Origin: an uncultured Alphaproteobacteria bacterium
Lineage (GTDB): Bacteria > Pseudomonadota > Alphaproteobacteria > ATCC43930 > CGMCC-115725
DNA length: 64,000 nucleotides
Assembly: GCA_963737875.1 (NCBI GenBank)
Contig: CAVTUM010000002.1
Coordinates: forward strand, 56,847-120,846
Direction of reading: 5' to 3'
A program made the position numbers and the translations under genes. Shown in pieces: positions 54,346-63,637 of this stretch. The notes beneath the pieces were generated by a model that was not told where the DNA came from, searched no databases, and worked only from the letters and a program-made list of their open reading frames with translations. Position 1 is the stretch's first letter. Every line of letters starts with the position of its first letter.

Positions 54346-56719
54346 CCTTAAATTCTTTCGTGCTGGATGGTGGTCTCTCGATGCGTGCCCATCGAACCGG
54401 GACAGCGAGAGTCATATCGCGCAAAATCAGGTTTCTCCGCACCAGCGGATCGTCTTCGGCCAATGCGTGGCCCGGAAAGACAAGCTGCCCCAGGAGGGAA
54501 TGTCCGCGGGGCTTGACAGCTCCTTTTGTCATTGGGGCGGCGGGGCTCTCCAATCGGGTGTCGGTCGGACTGTCGTGGGGCGAACAATCGGGGGGCGAAC
54601 TGTCAGCGGAGAGCCCCTCCTTATCGCGAATTACCTCCATCACATAAGCGAGATGGTGAGCAGCATCGGGATGGTCCGGCGATAATATCAAGCCCCGGCG
54701 GTACGCGAGCGCTGCCTTCGCCAGCGCTCCGCACTCTTTGTATGCATGGCCATATTGTACCCAAAGACGCGGCTGATGGTTGGGCTTGACGGTCAGAAGG
54801 GCGCCGTAAAGCTCAACAGCTTCCACCCAATCGCGTCGTTTGGCGGCCGTCTGGGCCTGCCTCAACATCCGCCTCCAATAGATCATCTGGAATGGCGGGA
54901 GCCTTAGGAGTTGCGGGACCTTCACATCCGCAGGCTTCCAGGCGCATGCTTCTTCCCAGGCCGCGGCCTCTAACAAGGCCTGGTCCCGCTCTGTCCTGAT
55001 TGCCGTCTCTCGCTGCACGCTCGCCCGGCGCTCGTCTTCCACGCGGGCTAATTCCTCTCCCGACCGTGCCAATGCGGCGGCCAAGGCTTCGTTCCGCCGG
55101 GCCGCCTGCCGCACCTCCTCGTCGAGCGCCGCTTCAGCCTCGCGTGTGGCCTGACATTCCGCGTCCGACCGAACCAAGGCGACGGCCAGAGCTTCATTCC
55201 GCTCGGCCGCCTTTTGCAGTTGCGTCGTCAGCATGGCCTCGGCCTCGCGCACGGCCTGACATTCCGCGTCCAACCGAACCAAGGCGACGGCCAGAGCTTC
55301 ATTCCGCCCGGCCGCCTTTTGCAGTTGCGTCGTCAGCACGGCCTCGGCCTCGCGCACGGCCTGACATTCCGCGTCCAACCGGGCCAGTGCGGCGGCCAGA
55401 GCTTCATTCCACTCGGCCGCCTCCTGAAGCTGCGCTGTCAGCGCGACCTCAGCCTCGCGCGCGGCCTGACATTCCGCGTCCGACCGGGCCAATGCGGCGG
55501 CCAGCGCTTCATTCCGCCCGGCCGTCTCCTGAAACTGCGCTGTCAGCGCGGCCTCGGCCTCGCGCACGGCCTGACATTCCGCGTCCGACCGGACCAACGC
55601 GACGGCCAGAGCTTCATTCCGCCCGGCCGTCTCCTGAAGCTGCGTTGTCACCGCGGCCTCGGCCTCGCGCGCGGCCTGACATTCCGCGTCCGACCCGGCC
55701 AACGCGGCGGCCAGAGCTACATTCCGCCCGGCCGCCTCCTGAAGCTGCGTTGTCACCGCGGCCTCGGCCTCGCGCGCGGCCTGACATTCCGCGTCCGACC
55801 GGGCCAATGCGGCGGCCAGAGCTTCATTCCGCCCGGCCGTCTCCCGAAGCTGCGTTGTCAGCGCGGCCTCGCCCTGTACGGCTGCCGCGCGTGCTCCGTC
55901 GGATTGCGCCAACGCGTCTTCAAGGGGCCGCAGCCGCGCCTGCAGCGTTGGAACCGCAAAATTGTCGAAAACACAGGGCGGCGCGGCAAAGATGTCGCGC
56001 CGCCAGGCTTCCTCGCCACTGACATAGAACCGGTTCAAGCCATCGAAAAGGACAAAGATGTAATTCTTGGCGAGCAGCTGCGGTTCCCAGCTCTGGTGAT
56101 TGGCAATCTGCGTATTCGGCTCGGTCGCTTCCACGACGATGATGCGGGGGCGATGTACGGTGAAGCTGGCAGGATTAAGGATATCGGCTTCCATTCCCTC
56201 GGCATCGATCTTCAAGAAGTCGACCGTGTTGTTCCCGACAAGGCCAAACAGTTGATCGAGCGTCACCCCGGGAACTGGGATGATCCTCCGGGGGATCGAA
56301 GGTTCACCGCTGATGCCACCTGTTACCCCGGAAGACAGGCCGGTGCCCTCGATAACCGTAAACAGGCAGGTCTCCCCGCTCGCTCCTACCACGCACTGCA
56401 AATTGGTATCCCGGGTCCGGGCCCGTTCGAGTTCGGTGAAATACTGAGGGTTGGGTTCAACATTGATGCCATGCCAACCGGTGTCGTAGAACCACGCGGT
56501 CACGGAATCGTGTATCGGATGCCAAGCCCCAATATCGATGTAAAACCCCTGCTCGATTTCCTGCAAGGCGCGGCGTAGGATGACATCTTCAAAGTTCTGG
56601 GCATAGCTCACCATGCCCGTCAGATAGCCGCTGGCATCCGCTCGTACGCGCGGAGAGAGGTGAAAGTTATTTGTTTGTCGCTGAAGGCAGCCGACATCCA
56701 CCTCTATATCATCACTCAC
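54329..56719 (-). CDS. FkbM-family methyltransferase fused to 8x35-aa coiled-coil repeat array and TPR-like region (candidate glycan chain terminator / molecular ruler)
   Basis: 796 aa; N-terminal FkbM domain (…FYIDIGAWHPIHDSV…FLKIDAEGMEADIL…), then AECQAAREAEAAVTTQLQEAAGRNEALAAALARSD x8, then TPR-like helices, Ser/Pro-rich tail. Confidence 0.8.
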   Translation of the reverse strand: MSDDIEVDVGCLQRQTNNFHLSPRVRADASGYLTGMVSYAQNFEDVILRRALQEIEQGFYIDIGAWHPIHDSVTAWFYDTGWHGINVEPNPQYFTELERARTRDTNLQCVVGASGETCLFTVIEGTGLSSGVTGGISGEPSIPRRIIPVPGVTLDQLFGLVGNNTVDFLKIDAEGMEADILNPASFTVHRPRIIVVEATEPNTQIANHQSWEPQLLAKNYIFVLFDGLNRFYVSGEEAWRRDIFAAPPCVFDNFAVPTLQARLRPLEDALAQSDGARAAAVQGEAALTTQLRETAGRNEALAAALARSDAECQAAREAEAAVTTQLQEAAGRNVALAAALAGSDAECQAAREAEAAVTTQLQETAGRNEALAVALVRSDAECQAVREAEAALTAQFQETAGRNEALAAALARSDAECQAAREAEVALTAQLQEAAEWNEALAAALARLDAECQAVREAEAVLTTQLQKAAGRNEALAVALVRLDAECQAVREAEAMLTTQLQKAAERNEALAVALVRSDAECQATREAEAALDEEVRQAARRNEALAAALARSGEELARVEDERRASVQRETAIRTERDQALLEAAAWEEACAWKPADVKVPQLLRLPPFQMIYWRRMLRQAQTAAKRRDWVEAVELYGALLTVKPNHQPRLWVQYGHAYKECGALAKAALAYRRGLILSPDHPDAAHHLAYVMEVIRDKEGLSADSSPPDCSPHDSPTDTRLESPAAPMTKGAVKPRGHSLLGQLVFPGHALAEDDPLVRRNLILRDMTLAVPVRWARIERPPSSTKEFKDAAPH
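55040..55900. repeat. Coding tandem repeat, ~8 copies of a 105-bp unit (within the methyltransferase-coiled-coil gene)
   Basis: Near-identical units GGCCTGACATTCCGCGTCCGACCGGGCCAATGCGGCGGCCAGAGCTTCATTCCGCCCGGCCGTCTCCTGAAGCTGCGTTGTCAGCGCGGCCTCGGCCTCGCGC…; unit starts seen at ~55148, 55252, 55357, 55462, 55568 etc. Confidence 0.8.
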
Positions 56720-57292
56720 CTCTGTCTCCTAATGCGGCGATCGTAGAAATCGAAACTTCGTCCGCGGCGAACCTTCATCTCCAGGGATGGTTTTAGGCAA
56801 GATGTGAGCCGGTTCGAGTTTGCTTGGAGCGCTCCATAGTGGGCGACGTCAAACGTTCCAGTATGCGAGGCCGAAATCGGCGTGACGTGCGGGCTGACCG
56901 TAGGTGCGCCACGAGCCATAGCCTGGCCTCCGGCGTCTCGTGGGCGGAGATCGTGTTCAGCCGGCGCGTCGCTGTCAATCATTGAGAGAGCGAGGAAGTC
57001 GGGTGCGCTCGCACCGCATCCACTCGCCGATCAACCCTGCCGTCCGGAATGTACAGTACGCCGAACAGGGTGGTCGTGCCGCGTCACTTTAGTCGTGCAT
57101 CATCGTGACCCGTGCAGTTTTGCTTGTTCACTCTTCCCACCGCGGCTGCAACTGCCGGCGAACGCACCCGCCGGCGCTCAATACCACGATCCGAGACCGC
57201 CACCTTCTGCGCCGTGTAGCGGTCCCGGATCAGCCTCCACGCCAACTCACGGCTGTCCGGCTCAGGCTCGCGCGGAGCACCATGCTCCGGCC

Positions 57293-59153
57293 TTATCGTG
57301 CGTCAGCATGGTCCGCGAAGTGTTCAACGGACCGGGAGCCCAGAACCACTCGCTCCGGAGGAAGAATCACGGTTGCGGTAGTGCCAGCGCCGAGTTTGCT
57401 GCTAAGCGCAAGCCGACCGCCGTGCAGTTCCACAATTTTCTTGGCTAGCGGCAGCCCCAACCCCGTACCTTGATGATGTCGATTCAACGAGGAATTGACC
57501 TGCTCAAACGGCTTTAGCACGCGACTGAGATCATGTAAGGCAATACCCATTCCCGTATCAGAAACGGTCAGCGCCAAACCAAATAATGGATCGAACCGGC
57601 TTGAGACCGTGATCCTTCCCCCGGCCGGAGTGAACTTGACGGAGTTGACGATCAGGTTGATCAGTACCTGTTTGATCTTGCGTTCATCGCCGCGCAGCAA
57701 CATTGGATCGTCACCTAGGGAAACGTCCTGAAAGAGCCCTGCCTCACGAATAGGCCCGGCGGTCAGCTCAGCAACTGACTGCATGACTTTGCGTAGATCA
57801 AACACGCTCTCGTTAAGCTCAATCTGGCCGGCAGCAGCCTTCGAGAAATCGAGAATATCGTTGATAATCCCCAAAAGAAGCATGCCACTGCCATGAATGT
57901 CACCGATAAATCCCTGGTATTCCCGGTTTCCAACCGGCCCCAGCTCTTCACGCAGAATCATCTCAGAGAAGCCGATAATTGCATTCAGTGGCGTGCGCAG
58001 TTCGTGGCTCATTGTCGCCAAAAAATCCGATTTGGCCTGGTTGGCCACCTCGGCCTCATCTTTGGCGAGGCGTAACGCCTCATAGGCTTCCTCGCGGTCC
58101 CGTAGTGAGTCTCTGACTTGAACAAGAGCGACCTGCTCACGGCGGGCTCGCCGGAGCGCGATCAGGCATAGCAGCAGAAGCCCAAACGCGGCCGCCGCGC
58201 CGATTACAATATAACCCCTTATCGTGGTCAACCATTCCAGCAGTACCGATGCTTCGGTTCGGCTTACGGTAACATAGACCGGGTAATCGGCGACCCGTCG
58301 ATAGGCGATAATCTGCCCGCTGCGATCCAACAGCGAGCCTGTAACGATCAAGCCGCCCTGCGATCCCCCTGTCGTAATTCCTTCAGCCAGCGGACTGGAT
58401 CGCTGCAAGATTGGCGCGTCCGCAGTATCATCGTCGGGATAACGCGCAAGTCTGGTGCCGTCCTCCCTGAAAATTCCGGCCGTATAATTTGCGGGACCGC
58501 CGAGAAGAGAATTGTAGAAAGAGGCTAAATACTTTCCGGAGACCGCGACGATGGTAATTCCACGAAACTGGCCCTCTGGGCCCTCACGCCGGCGCGTCAC
58601 CGTGAAATAGGGGCGAAAACGATCTTGATCGAGGCTGCGCGCGCGCAATGCCCAAACAAAGGTTTGCAAATTGGTGTTCTGCAACGCCCGAAAATCGGCT
58701 CGGTCCGAGTGATCGAGATTGTGGTCGACCGGGTAAACTTTGGCGCTGACGAGTTCTCGTCCATTGGCATCCAGAACCCAGGCCGCCGCAACCTGCGGCA
58801 GACTCTTTAATCTGCTGAGCGAGCTGCTCATGCAGCGTCTGTTCCTGGTTGTGAACTTCCTGATCACTTAAGCGGGACAGCAGATCGTTAATGCGCGCGG
58901 CAACGAGCTGGTGCGTATCCAGCACCTTGATCGTATTTTCAGCGGCGACAGCAACCGTTTCGACAAGTGAGTCTTTCGCCGCAACAAGATGATTTTGATA
59001 AGATAAATAGCCGCCAGCAGCCGCAAAACACAGCGGCGCCACGATTATGCTAACGAGGAGAAGCCGGAGCATCCGAATTGCACCAGAAGGTGCCAATTGC
59101 TTAAGCATCGCCGCCGCAGGACTGGTTTCGGTTAGATGATCTCGCACATTCAA
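57293..59153 (-). CDS. Sensor histidine kinase (two TM helices, periplasmic sensor domain, HisKA, HATPase_c); one +1 frameshift near 58815
   Basis: H-box SDFLATMSHELRTPLNAI, N/G boxes (…LINLIVNSVKFTP…DTGMGI…GTGLGLPLAKKIVELHGG); N-terminal TM + sensor part is in ORF 58584..59153. Confidence 0.8.
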
Positions 59154-59287
59154 GCCTTTTGCGAGTCACCATTTCGGTTGGAACATTTAGGGAACTACTA
59201 CCTCTTTGGAAACGATCGGCAAACTTCGCGGCAACCTATATGATTGGCGCGATTAATGGACATACCTTCCTGGCGGGCGGATCGGCA

Positions 59288-59977
59288 ATGTTTGAAAGGC
59301 GGCTGATAGGGACGGTTGGCCTAACCACGCTGCTCTTAACAAGCTGCGGTGGAGGGGGCAACCACCTGGCCAATACGACACGCTCCGAACTTCTCGCCCT
59401 GCATCAAACCGGGCGCCCCGTGCTCGATTGCCGGGAGGCTTGTCTCTCGGAGTGGCGCAGTGTTCAGCCGGAGGCGATGAAACTCGACGCAAATGGGCAA
59501 TGGAGCGACCTCGCCGTCCTGGTGATGCGAACCGGCTACCAGGATGATCTCTCGCTCTATTACCTTGGCAGGGCAGCGGAGGGCATGAAATTTTTTGTCG
59601 CGGCCGGCAGTTACTATCGGCAAAGCATGCAGCTTTCGGGCACATCAATATCCTGTGAAAACCTCAGCCGGCTGTGTGGCGGCGTGAGTCTGCCGGCGGC
59701 CGCCGAACAGCACCTGGTCGCTACTGACAGCGTGCTTGACGCCGCCAAGCCGCGACGTCCTCGCCCCAGCACCGCACGCATCATTCCGCCAACCTTGCCG
59801 GAGCCAGATCAGGTCGGTGCGCCTGTCGTGCCAGCCGCACATGAGTCAACGTCGCCATCGGCCGTGAGCCCCGCCGCCGGGCAAGTGGAAACACCTCCTT
59901 CACCGGCCCAGGGTCAACCCGAGCCGAGTTCCCGGCCGGACACCGATTACATCGAGCCTCCGCCGGCAACGCACTGA
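59288..59977 (+). CDS. Hypothetical lipoprotein with Pro-rich C-terminal tail
   Basis: Lipobox in MFERRLIGTVGLTTLLLTSCGGG; C-terminus PEPDQVGAPVVPAAHESTSPSAVSPAAGQVETPPSPAQGQPEPS. Confidence 0.5.
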   Translation: MFERRLIGTVGLTTLLLTSCGGGGNHLANTTRSELLALHQTGRPVLDCREACLSEWRSVQPEAMKLDANGQWSDLAVLVMRTGYQDDLSLYYLGRAAEGMKFFVAAGSYYRQSMQLSGTSISCENLSRLCGGVSLPAAAEQHLVATDSVLDAAKPRRPRPSTARIIPPTLPEPDQVGAPVVPAAHESTSPSAVSPAAGQVETPPSPAQGQPEPSSRPDTDYIEPPPATH

Positions 59978-60032
59978 TGGGCGGTGAAACGGCGGTAAAA
60001 TCGTTGATGACGGACTCGGCGTCGCGTTCGGG

Positions 60033-60437
60033 CTACATCAGACCGAGTTCGAGCTTGGCTTCTTCGCTCATCCGGTCGCGGTCCCAGGGTGGGGTCCAGA
60101 CCAGCTTGACGCGGACATCGTTGACGCCTTCGACCATCCGCACCGCGGTCTCGACCTCGCCGGGCATGCTTTGCGCGACCGGGCAGGCCGGGGTGGTCAG
60201 CGTCATCTCGACATAGACGACGCCGCCTTTGCGCACCAGCAGTTCGTAGATCAGCCCGAGTTCGACCAGGTTCACCGGGATTTCCGGGTCCTGCACGGTT
60301 TTCAGTGCTTCGAGCACCGGCCCAAACAATTCGGTGTCGTCCTCGCCGTCCGGCCGCTCGACATCCTCGGTCTCAGGTGGCGGCTCCGGCGCAAAATCGA
60401 AATAATCGTGTTCGTGCTCGTGTTCCTGGGCTGTCAT
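60033..60437 (-). CDS. sufT: SUF-system Fe-S assembly protein, DUF59/MIP18 family (SufT-like)
   Basis: VQDPEIPVNLVELGLIYELLVRKGGVVYVEMTLTTPACPVAQSMPGEVETAV is the DUF59 signature; acidic N-terminal extension. Confidence 0.8.
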   Translation of the reverse strand: MTAQEHEHEHDYFDFAPEPPPETEDVERPDGEDDTELFGPVLEALKTVQDPEIPVNLVELGLIYELLVRKGGVVYVEMTLTTPACPVAQSMPGEVETAVRMVEGVNDVRVKLVWTPPWDRDRMSEEAKLELGLM

Positions 60438-60447
60438 CGCCGCGTCC

Positions 60448-60918
60448 CTACTCGGTCTTGACGGTTTCGCCGGAGAGGCCGGCTTTCAGCGCCGCCTCGA
60501 AGGCATGCCACGGCAGCGTCGCGCATTTGACCCGCGCCGGATACGCCTTGACCCCGGTCAACGGTTCCAGCCGCTCGGCATCCTCGACCAGCGATTCCGG
60601 CAGTTCGGCCGTCTCGTCGCCGCCGGTTACCCTGGCATGGAATTGCGTGAACAGGGCCTTGGCCTCGTCGAGCGTCTTGCCCTTCAGCACTTCGGTCATC
60701 AGCGACGCCGCGGCGGTCGAGATCGCACAGCCACGCCCCTCAAAGCTGACATCGGCGATCCGCTCGCCATCGAGGGCGAGGTACACCGTCACCCGGTCGC
60801 CGCATAGCGGGTTGTGACCCTTCGCGAGATGCGTCGGGTGCTCCAGCGCGTGGAAATTGCGCGGATGGCGCCCGTGATCGAGGATGATGTCCTGGTACAG
60901 TTCGCGCAAATCCATCAT
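60448..60918 (-). CDS. sufU: SufU/NifU-like (IscU family) Fe-S cluster assembly scaffold/sulfur acceptor
   Basis: LYQDIILDHGRHPRNFHALEHPTHLAKGHNPLCGDRVTVYL…SFEGRGCAISTAAASLM (three conserved Cys). Confidence 0.8.
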   Translation of the reverse strand: MMDLRELYQDIILDHGRHPRNFHALEHPTHLAKGHNPLCGDRVTVYLALDGERIADVSFEGRGCAISTAAASLMTEVLKGKTLDEAKALFTQFHARVTGGDETAELPESLVEDAERLEPLTGVKAYPARVKCATLPWHAFEAALKAGLSGETVKTE

Positions 60919-62159
60919 CGCGAAAACATCTCCCGACAGGCCTCGATCGCCTCGACCAGCCGGTCGATATCGGCCTCGTCATTGTAGATCCCGAGCGACG
61001 CGCGCACCGTGCCGGCGACCCCGAGCTTGTCCATCAGCGGCTGGGCGCAATGATTGCCGACCCTGACCGCGACATGATGCTGGTCGAGCACGGTCCCGAC
61101 ATCATGCGGATGCACGCCCGCCAGATTGAACGACAGCACACTGAGCTGCTGCTGTCCGCCGGCCACCAGTTCGACGCCGGCAATCCGCGACAGGCGGTCG
61201 AGCGCATATCCCGTCAGCTTTTCCTCATGGTCGCGGATTGCATCCCGTCCGATCGACTCGATGAAGTCGATCGCCAGCGACAGCCCGACCGCGCCGGCAA
61301 TATCCGGCGTGCCCGCCTCGAAACGATGCGGCGGCTCCTGAAAATCGGTATGCGCCAGCGTCACGTTGAGGATCATGCCGCCGCCGGTCTGCCACGGCGG
61401 CATCGCCTCCAACGCCTCATAACGCCCGTACAGTACCCCGGTGCCGGTCGGGCCATAGGCCTTGTGCCCGGAAAACACATAGAAATCGCAGCCCAGCGCC
61501 CGCACATCGACCGGCATCCGCGGCACCGCCTGACAGCCATCGACCAGCACCGCGGCGCCGTGCCGGTGCGCCAGCGCGACGATGCGTTCGACCGGCAGCA
61601 GCACGCCGGTGACGTTCGACACATGGGCCACCGCGACGAGGCGGGTGCGCGGCGACAGCATCGCCTCGAACGCCGCGAGGTCGAACTCGCCGGTCTCGTC
61701 GGTCGGCGCCACCAGCAATGTCGCGCCGACGCGGTCGCACAGCTTCTGCCACGGCACGATGTTCGAGTGATGCTCGACATCGCTGATGATGATCTCGTCG
61801 CCGGCTTTCAGGTGCGCCGGACCCCAGCTTTGCGCGACGAGGTTGATCGCCTCGGTGGCGCCGCGCACAAAGACAATCTCGCGCTCGTCGGCGGCGTTGA
61901 GGAAGGCGCGCACCTTTTCGCGCGCTTCCTCGAACCGGTCGGTCGAGCGGCCGCTCAGCGCGTAGACGCCGCGATGCACATTGGCGTAATCGGTGCGGTA
62001 AAAATCGGCGATTCCATCGATCACCTGGCGCGGCTTCTGGGCGCTGGCGCCGGAATCGAGGAACACCAGCCCGGGGTTGGTCTCGAAAATCGGGAATTCA
62101 TGCCTGATCCGGCGCGGATCGAGCGCCAGACGTGGCTTGTCGGCCAGCAACGCAGACAT
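60915..62159 (-). CDS. sufS: Cysteine desulfurase SufS
   Basis: 414 aa; class-II aminotransferase V; …FSGHKAYGPTGTGVLYG… PLP-Lys, …RVGNHCAQPLM… catalytic Cys loop. Confidence 0.9.
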   Translation of the reverse strand: MSALLADKPRLALDPRRIRHEFPIFETNPGLVFLDSGASAQKPRQVIDGIADFYRTDYANVHRGVYALSGRSTDRFEEAREKVRAFLNAADEREIVFVRGATEAINLVAQSWGPAHLKAGDEIIISDVEHHSNIVPWQKLCDRVGATLLVAPTDETGEFDLAAFEAMLSPRTRLVAVAHVSNVTGVLLPVERIVALAHRHGAAVLVDGCQAVPRMPVDVRALGCDFYVFSGHKAYGPTGTGVLYGRYEALEAMPPWQTGGGMILNVTLAHTDFQEPPHRFEAGTPDIAGAVGLSLAIDFIESIGRDAIRDHEEKLTGYALDRLSRIAGVELVAGGQQQLSVLSFNLAGVHPHDVGTVLDQHHVAVRVGNHCAQPLMDKLGVAGTVRASLGIYNDEADIDRLVEAIEACREMFSR

Positions 62160-62160
62160 C

Positions 62161-63471
62161 CTACTCCTCCAGCCGGGCCAGCCGCGCGGCCAGCCGGCGC
62201 ATCAGATAGTCGCGGGAGGCGGCGTCTTCGATCCCCTCGACCGCTTCCTGCAAAAACCCCGCTATCAGCATGCGGCGCGCCTCGTCGTCGGGGATGCCGC
62301 GGGTCCGCAGATAGAACAATGCCGCCTCGTCGAGATCGCCGACCGTCGCGCCGTGGGCGCATTTGACGTCGTCGGCGAAGATTTCAAGCTCGGGCTTGGT
62401 GTCGATGGCCGCGCGATTGCCGATGATGAGGTTGCGGCTGGTCTGTTGCGCATCGGTCTGCTGCGCATGTTCGCGGACGGTGATCCGGCCCTGAAACGCG
62501 CCATGCCCGCGACCCGCCGCAACGCCCTTGACCAGTTCGCGCGTCTGCCCGCCGCAGGCCGCGTGCTCGACGGCCGTGACAAAATTCGCCTCGTCGGCGC
62601 CGCCGACGATAAAGGCGCCATCGAGCCGGCAGCGCGCCTTGTCGCCGACGATCCGGACATTCGCCTCCTGCCGCACCCGGCGCCCGGTCAGCAGCAACGT
62701 GAAACTGTCAAAACTGGCGCCGGCCGCGAGCGTCGCATCGAGTTGCGCCAGATGCACCGCCTCGGCGGCCTCCTCGACCAGAACCGCCCGGCTCAGCGCG
62801 GCGCCCTTGCCGAGCCGCACGGCAACGACATCGTTGCGCCAGTAGCGGCCGTCACCGGCATAGGTTTCGATAATCCGGGCGCGACTGTTCTCGCCGAGCG
62901 CGATCAGGCTGCGGGTGTGAAACGAACCCGCGGATACCCCGGAACCGAGATGGACGATTTCGACCGTTCGATCGAGCGCCACACCTGCCGCGATATCGAA
63001 CACATAGCCGTCTGCGAAGAAAGCCGTGTTCAACGCGGCAAACGGGCCGCTGCCCGCATCCTCGATGGCGGCTTGCACCAGATCGGCCCGGTCGCGCATC
63101 GCCTGCGCCGTCGAGCCAAACCACACACCAGCCGGCAGGTCGATACTGGACAAATTCGAAGCGAACCGCCCATCAACCAACACCAGCCGTGCCGTGCCCC
63201 GCGGCAGCGCCAGCGCCGCGAGGCGCTCCTGCAGTACGGTTTCGTCCGTAGCACCGGCGCGCGCCGGCAGCATCGGCCGCTGCTGCAGCGGCTGCAAATC
63301 GAGGTAGCGCCAGCCTTCGCTGCGCCGGCTGGGAAACCCGAGTTCGGCAAAGCGGGTCATCGATTGCTGCCGCCGCGCCGCCAGCCAGCCCGGCTCGGCG
63401 ACATCGCGCGCAAAGCACGCGAGATAATCGCGCGCCTCCGGCTTCGCCGGAAATTCGACGACCGCGCTCAT
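62161..63471 (-). CDS. sufD: Fe-S cluster assembly protein SufD
   Basis: 436 aa; C-terminal …FADDVKCAHGATVGDLDEAALFYLRTRGI… conserved SufB/D beta-helix. Confidence 0.9.
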   Translation of the reverse strand: MSAVVEFPAKPEARDYLACFARDVAEPGWLAARRQQSMTRFAELGFPSRRSEGWRYLDLQPLQQRPMLPARAGATDETVLQERLAALALPRGTARLVLVDGRFASNLSSIDLPAGVWFGSTAQAMRDRADLVQAAIEDAGSGPFAALNTAFFADGYVFDIAAGVALDRTVEIVHLGSGVSAGSFHTRSLIALGENSRARIIETYAGDGRYWRNDVVAVRLGKGAALSRAVLVEEAAEAVHLAQLDATLAAGASFDSFTLLLTGRRVRQEANVRIVGDKARCRLDGAFIVGGADEANFVTAVEHAACGGQTRELVKGVAAGRGHGAFQGRITVREHAQQTDAQQTSRNLIIGNRAAIDTKPELEIFADDVKCAHGATVGDLDEAALFYLRTRGIPDDEARRMLIAGFLQEAVEGIEDAASRDYLMRRLAARLARLEE

Positions 63472-63485
63472 CCGCGCCCTCCCTT

Positions 63486-63607
63486 GTCATTCCGGGATCG
63501 CCCAACGGGCGAGGCCCGGAACCCAGGAACACGAACGGTGCCCGGTCGTCTGCGGCCGGTGTTCATGGATTCCGGGTTCACTGCTGCGCAGTGCCCCGGA
63601 ATGACAG
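63486..63607. repeat. Palindromic MITE-like repeat family 3, copy 2 (sufC-sufD intergenic)
   Basis: GTCATTCCGGGATCGCCC…CCCGGAACCCAGGAACACGAACGGTGCCCGG…GTGTTCATGGATTCCGGGTTCA…GCCCCGGAATGAC. Confidence 0.65.
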
Positions 63608-63637
63608 GAAAAGGTTTGCCAGCCATTGCACAAGCGC

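Noticed and set aside
55040-55900. Tandem repeat array considered as a possible CRISPR or minisatellite
   Set aside because: Unit is 105 bp with no spacers, lies entirely inside an intact ORF and encodes a heptad coiled-coil. It is not a CRISPR array.
56716-57290. Small ORFs (56716..56982, 56882..57448) in the 570-bp region upstream of the methyltransferase-ruler gene
   Set aside because: No protein-like composition or motifs. Treated as non-coding leader or promoter.
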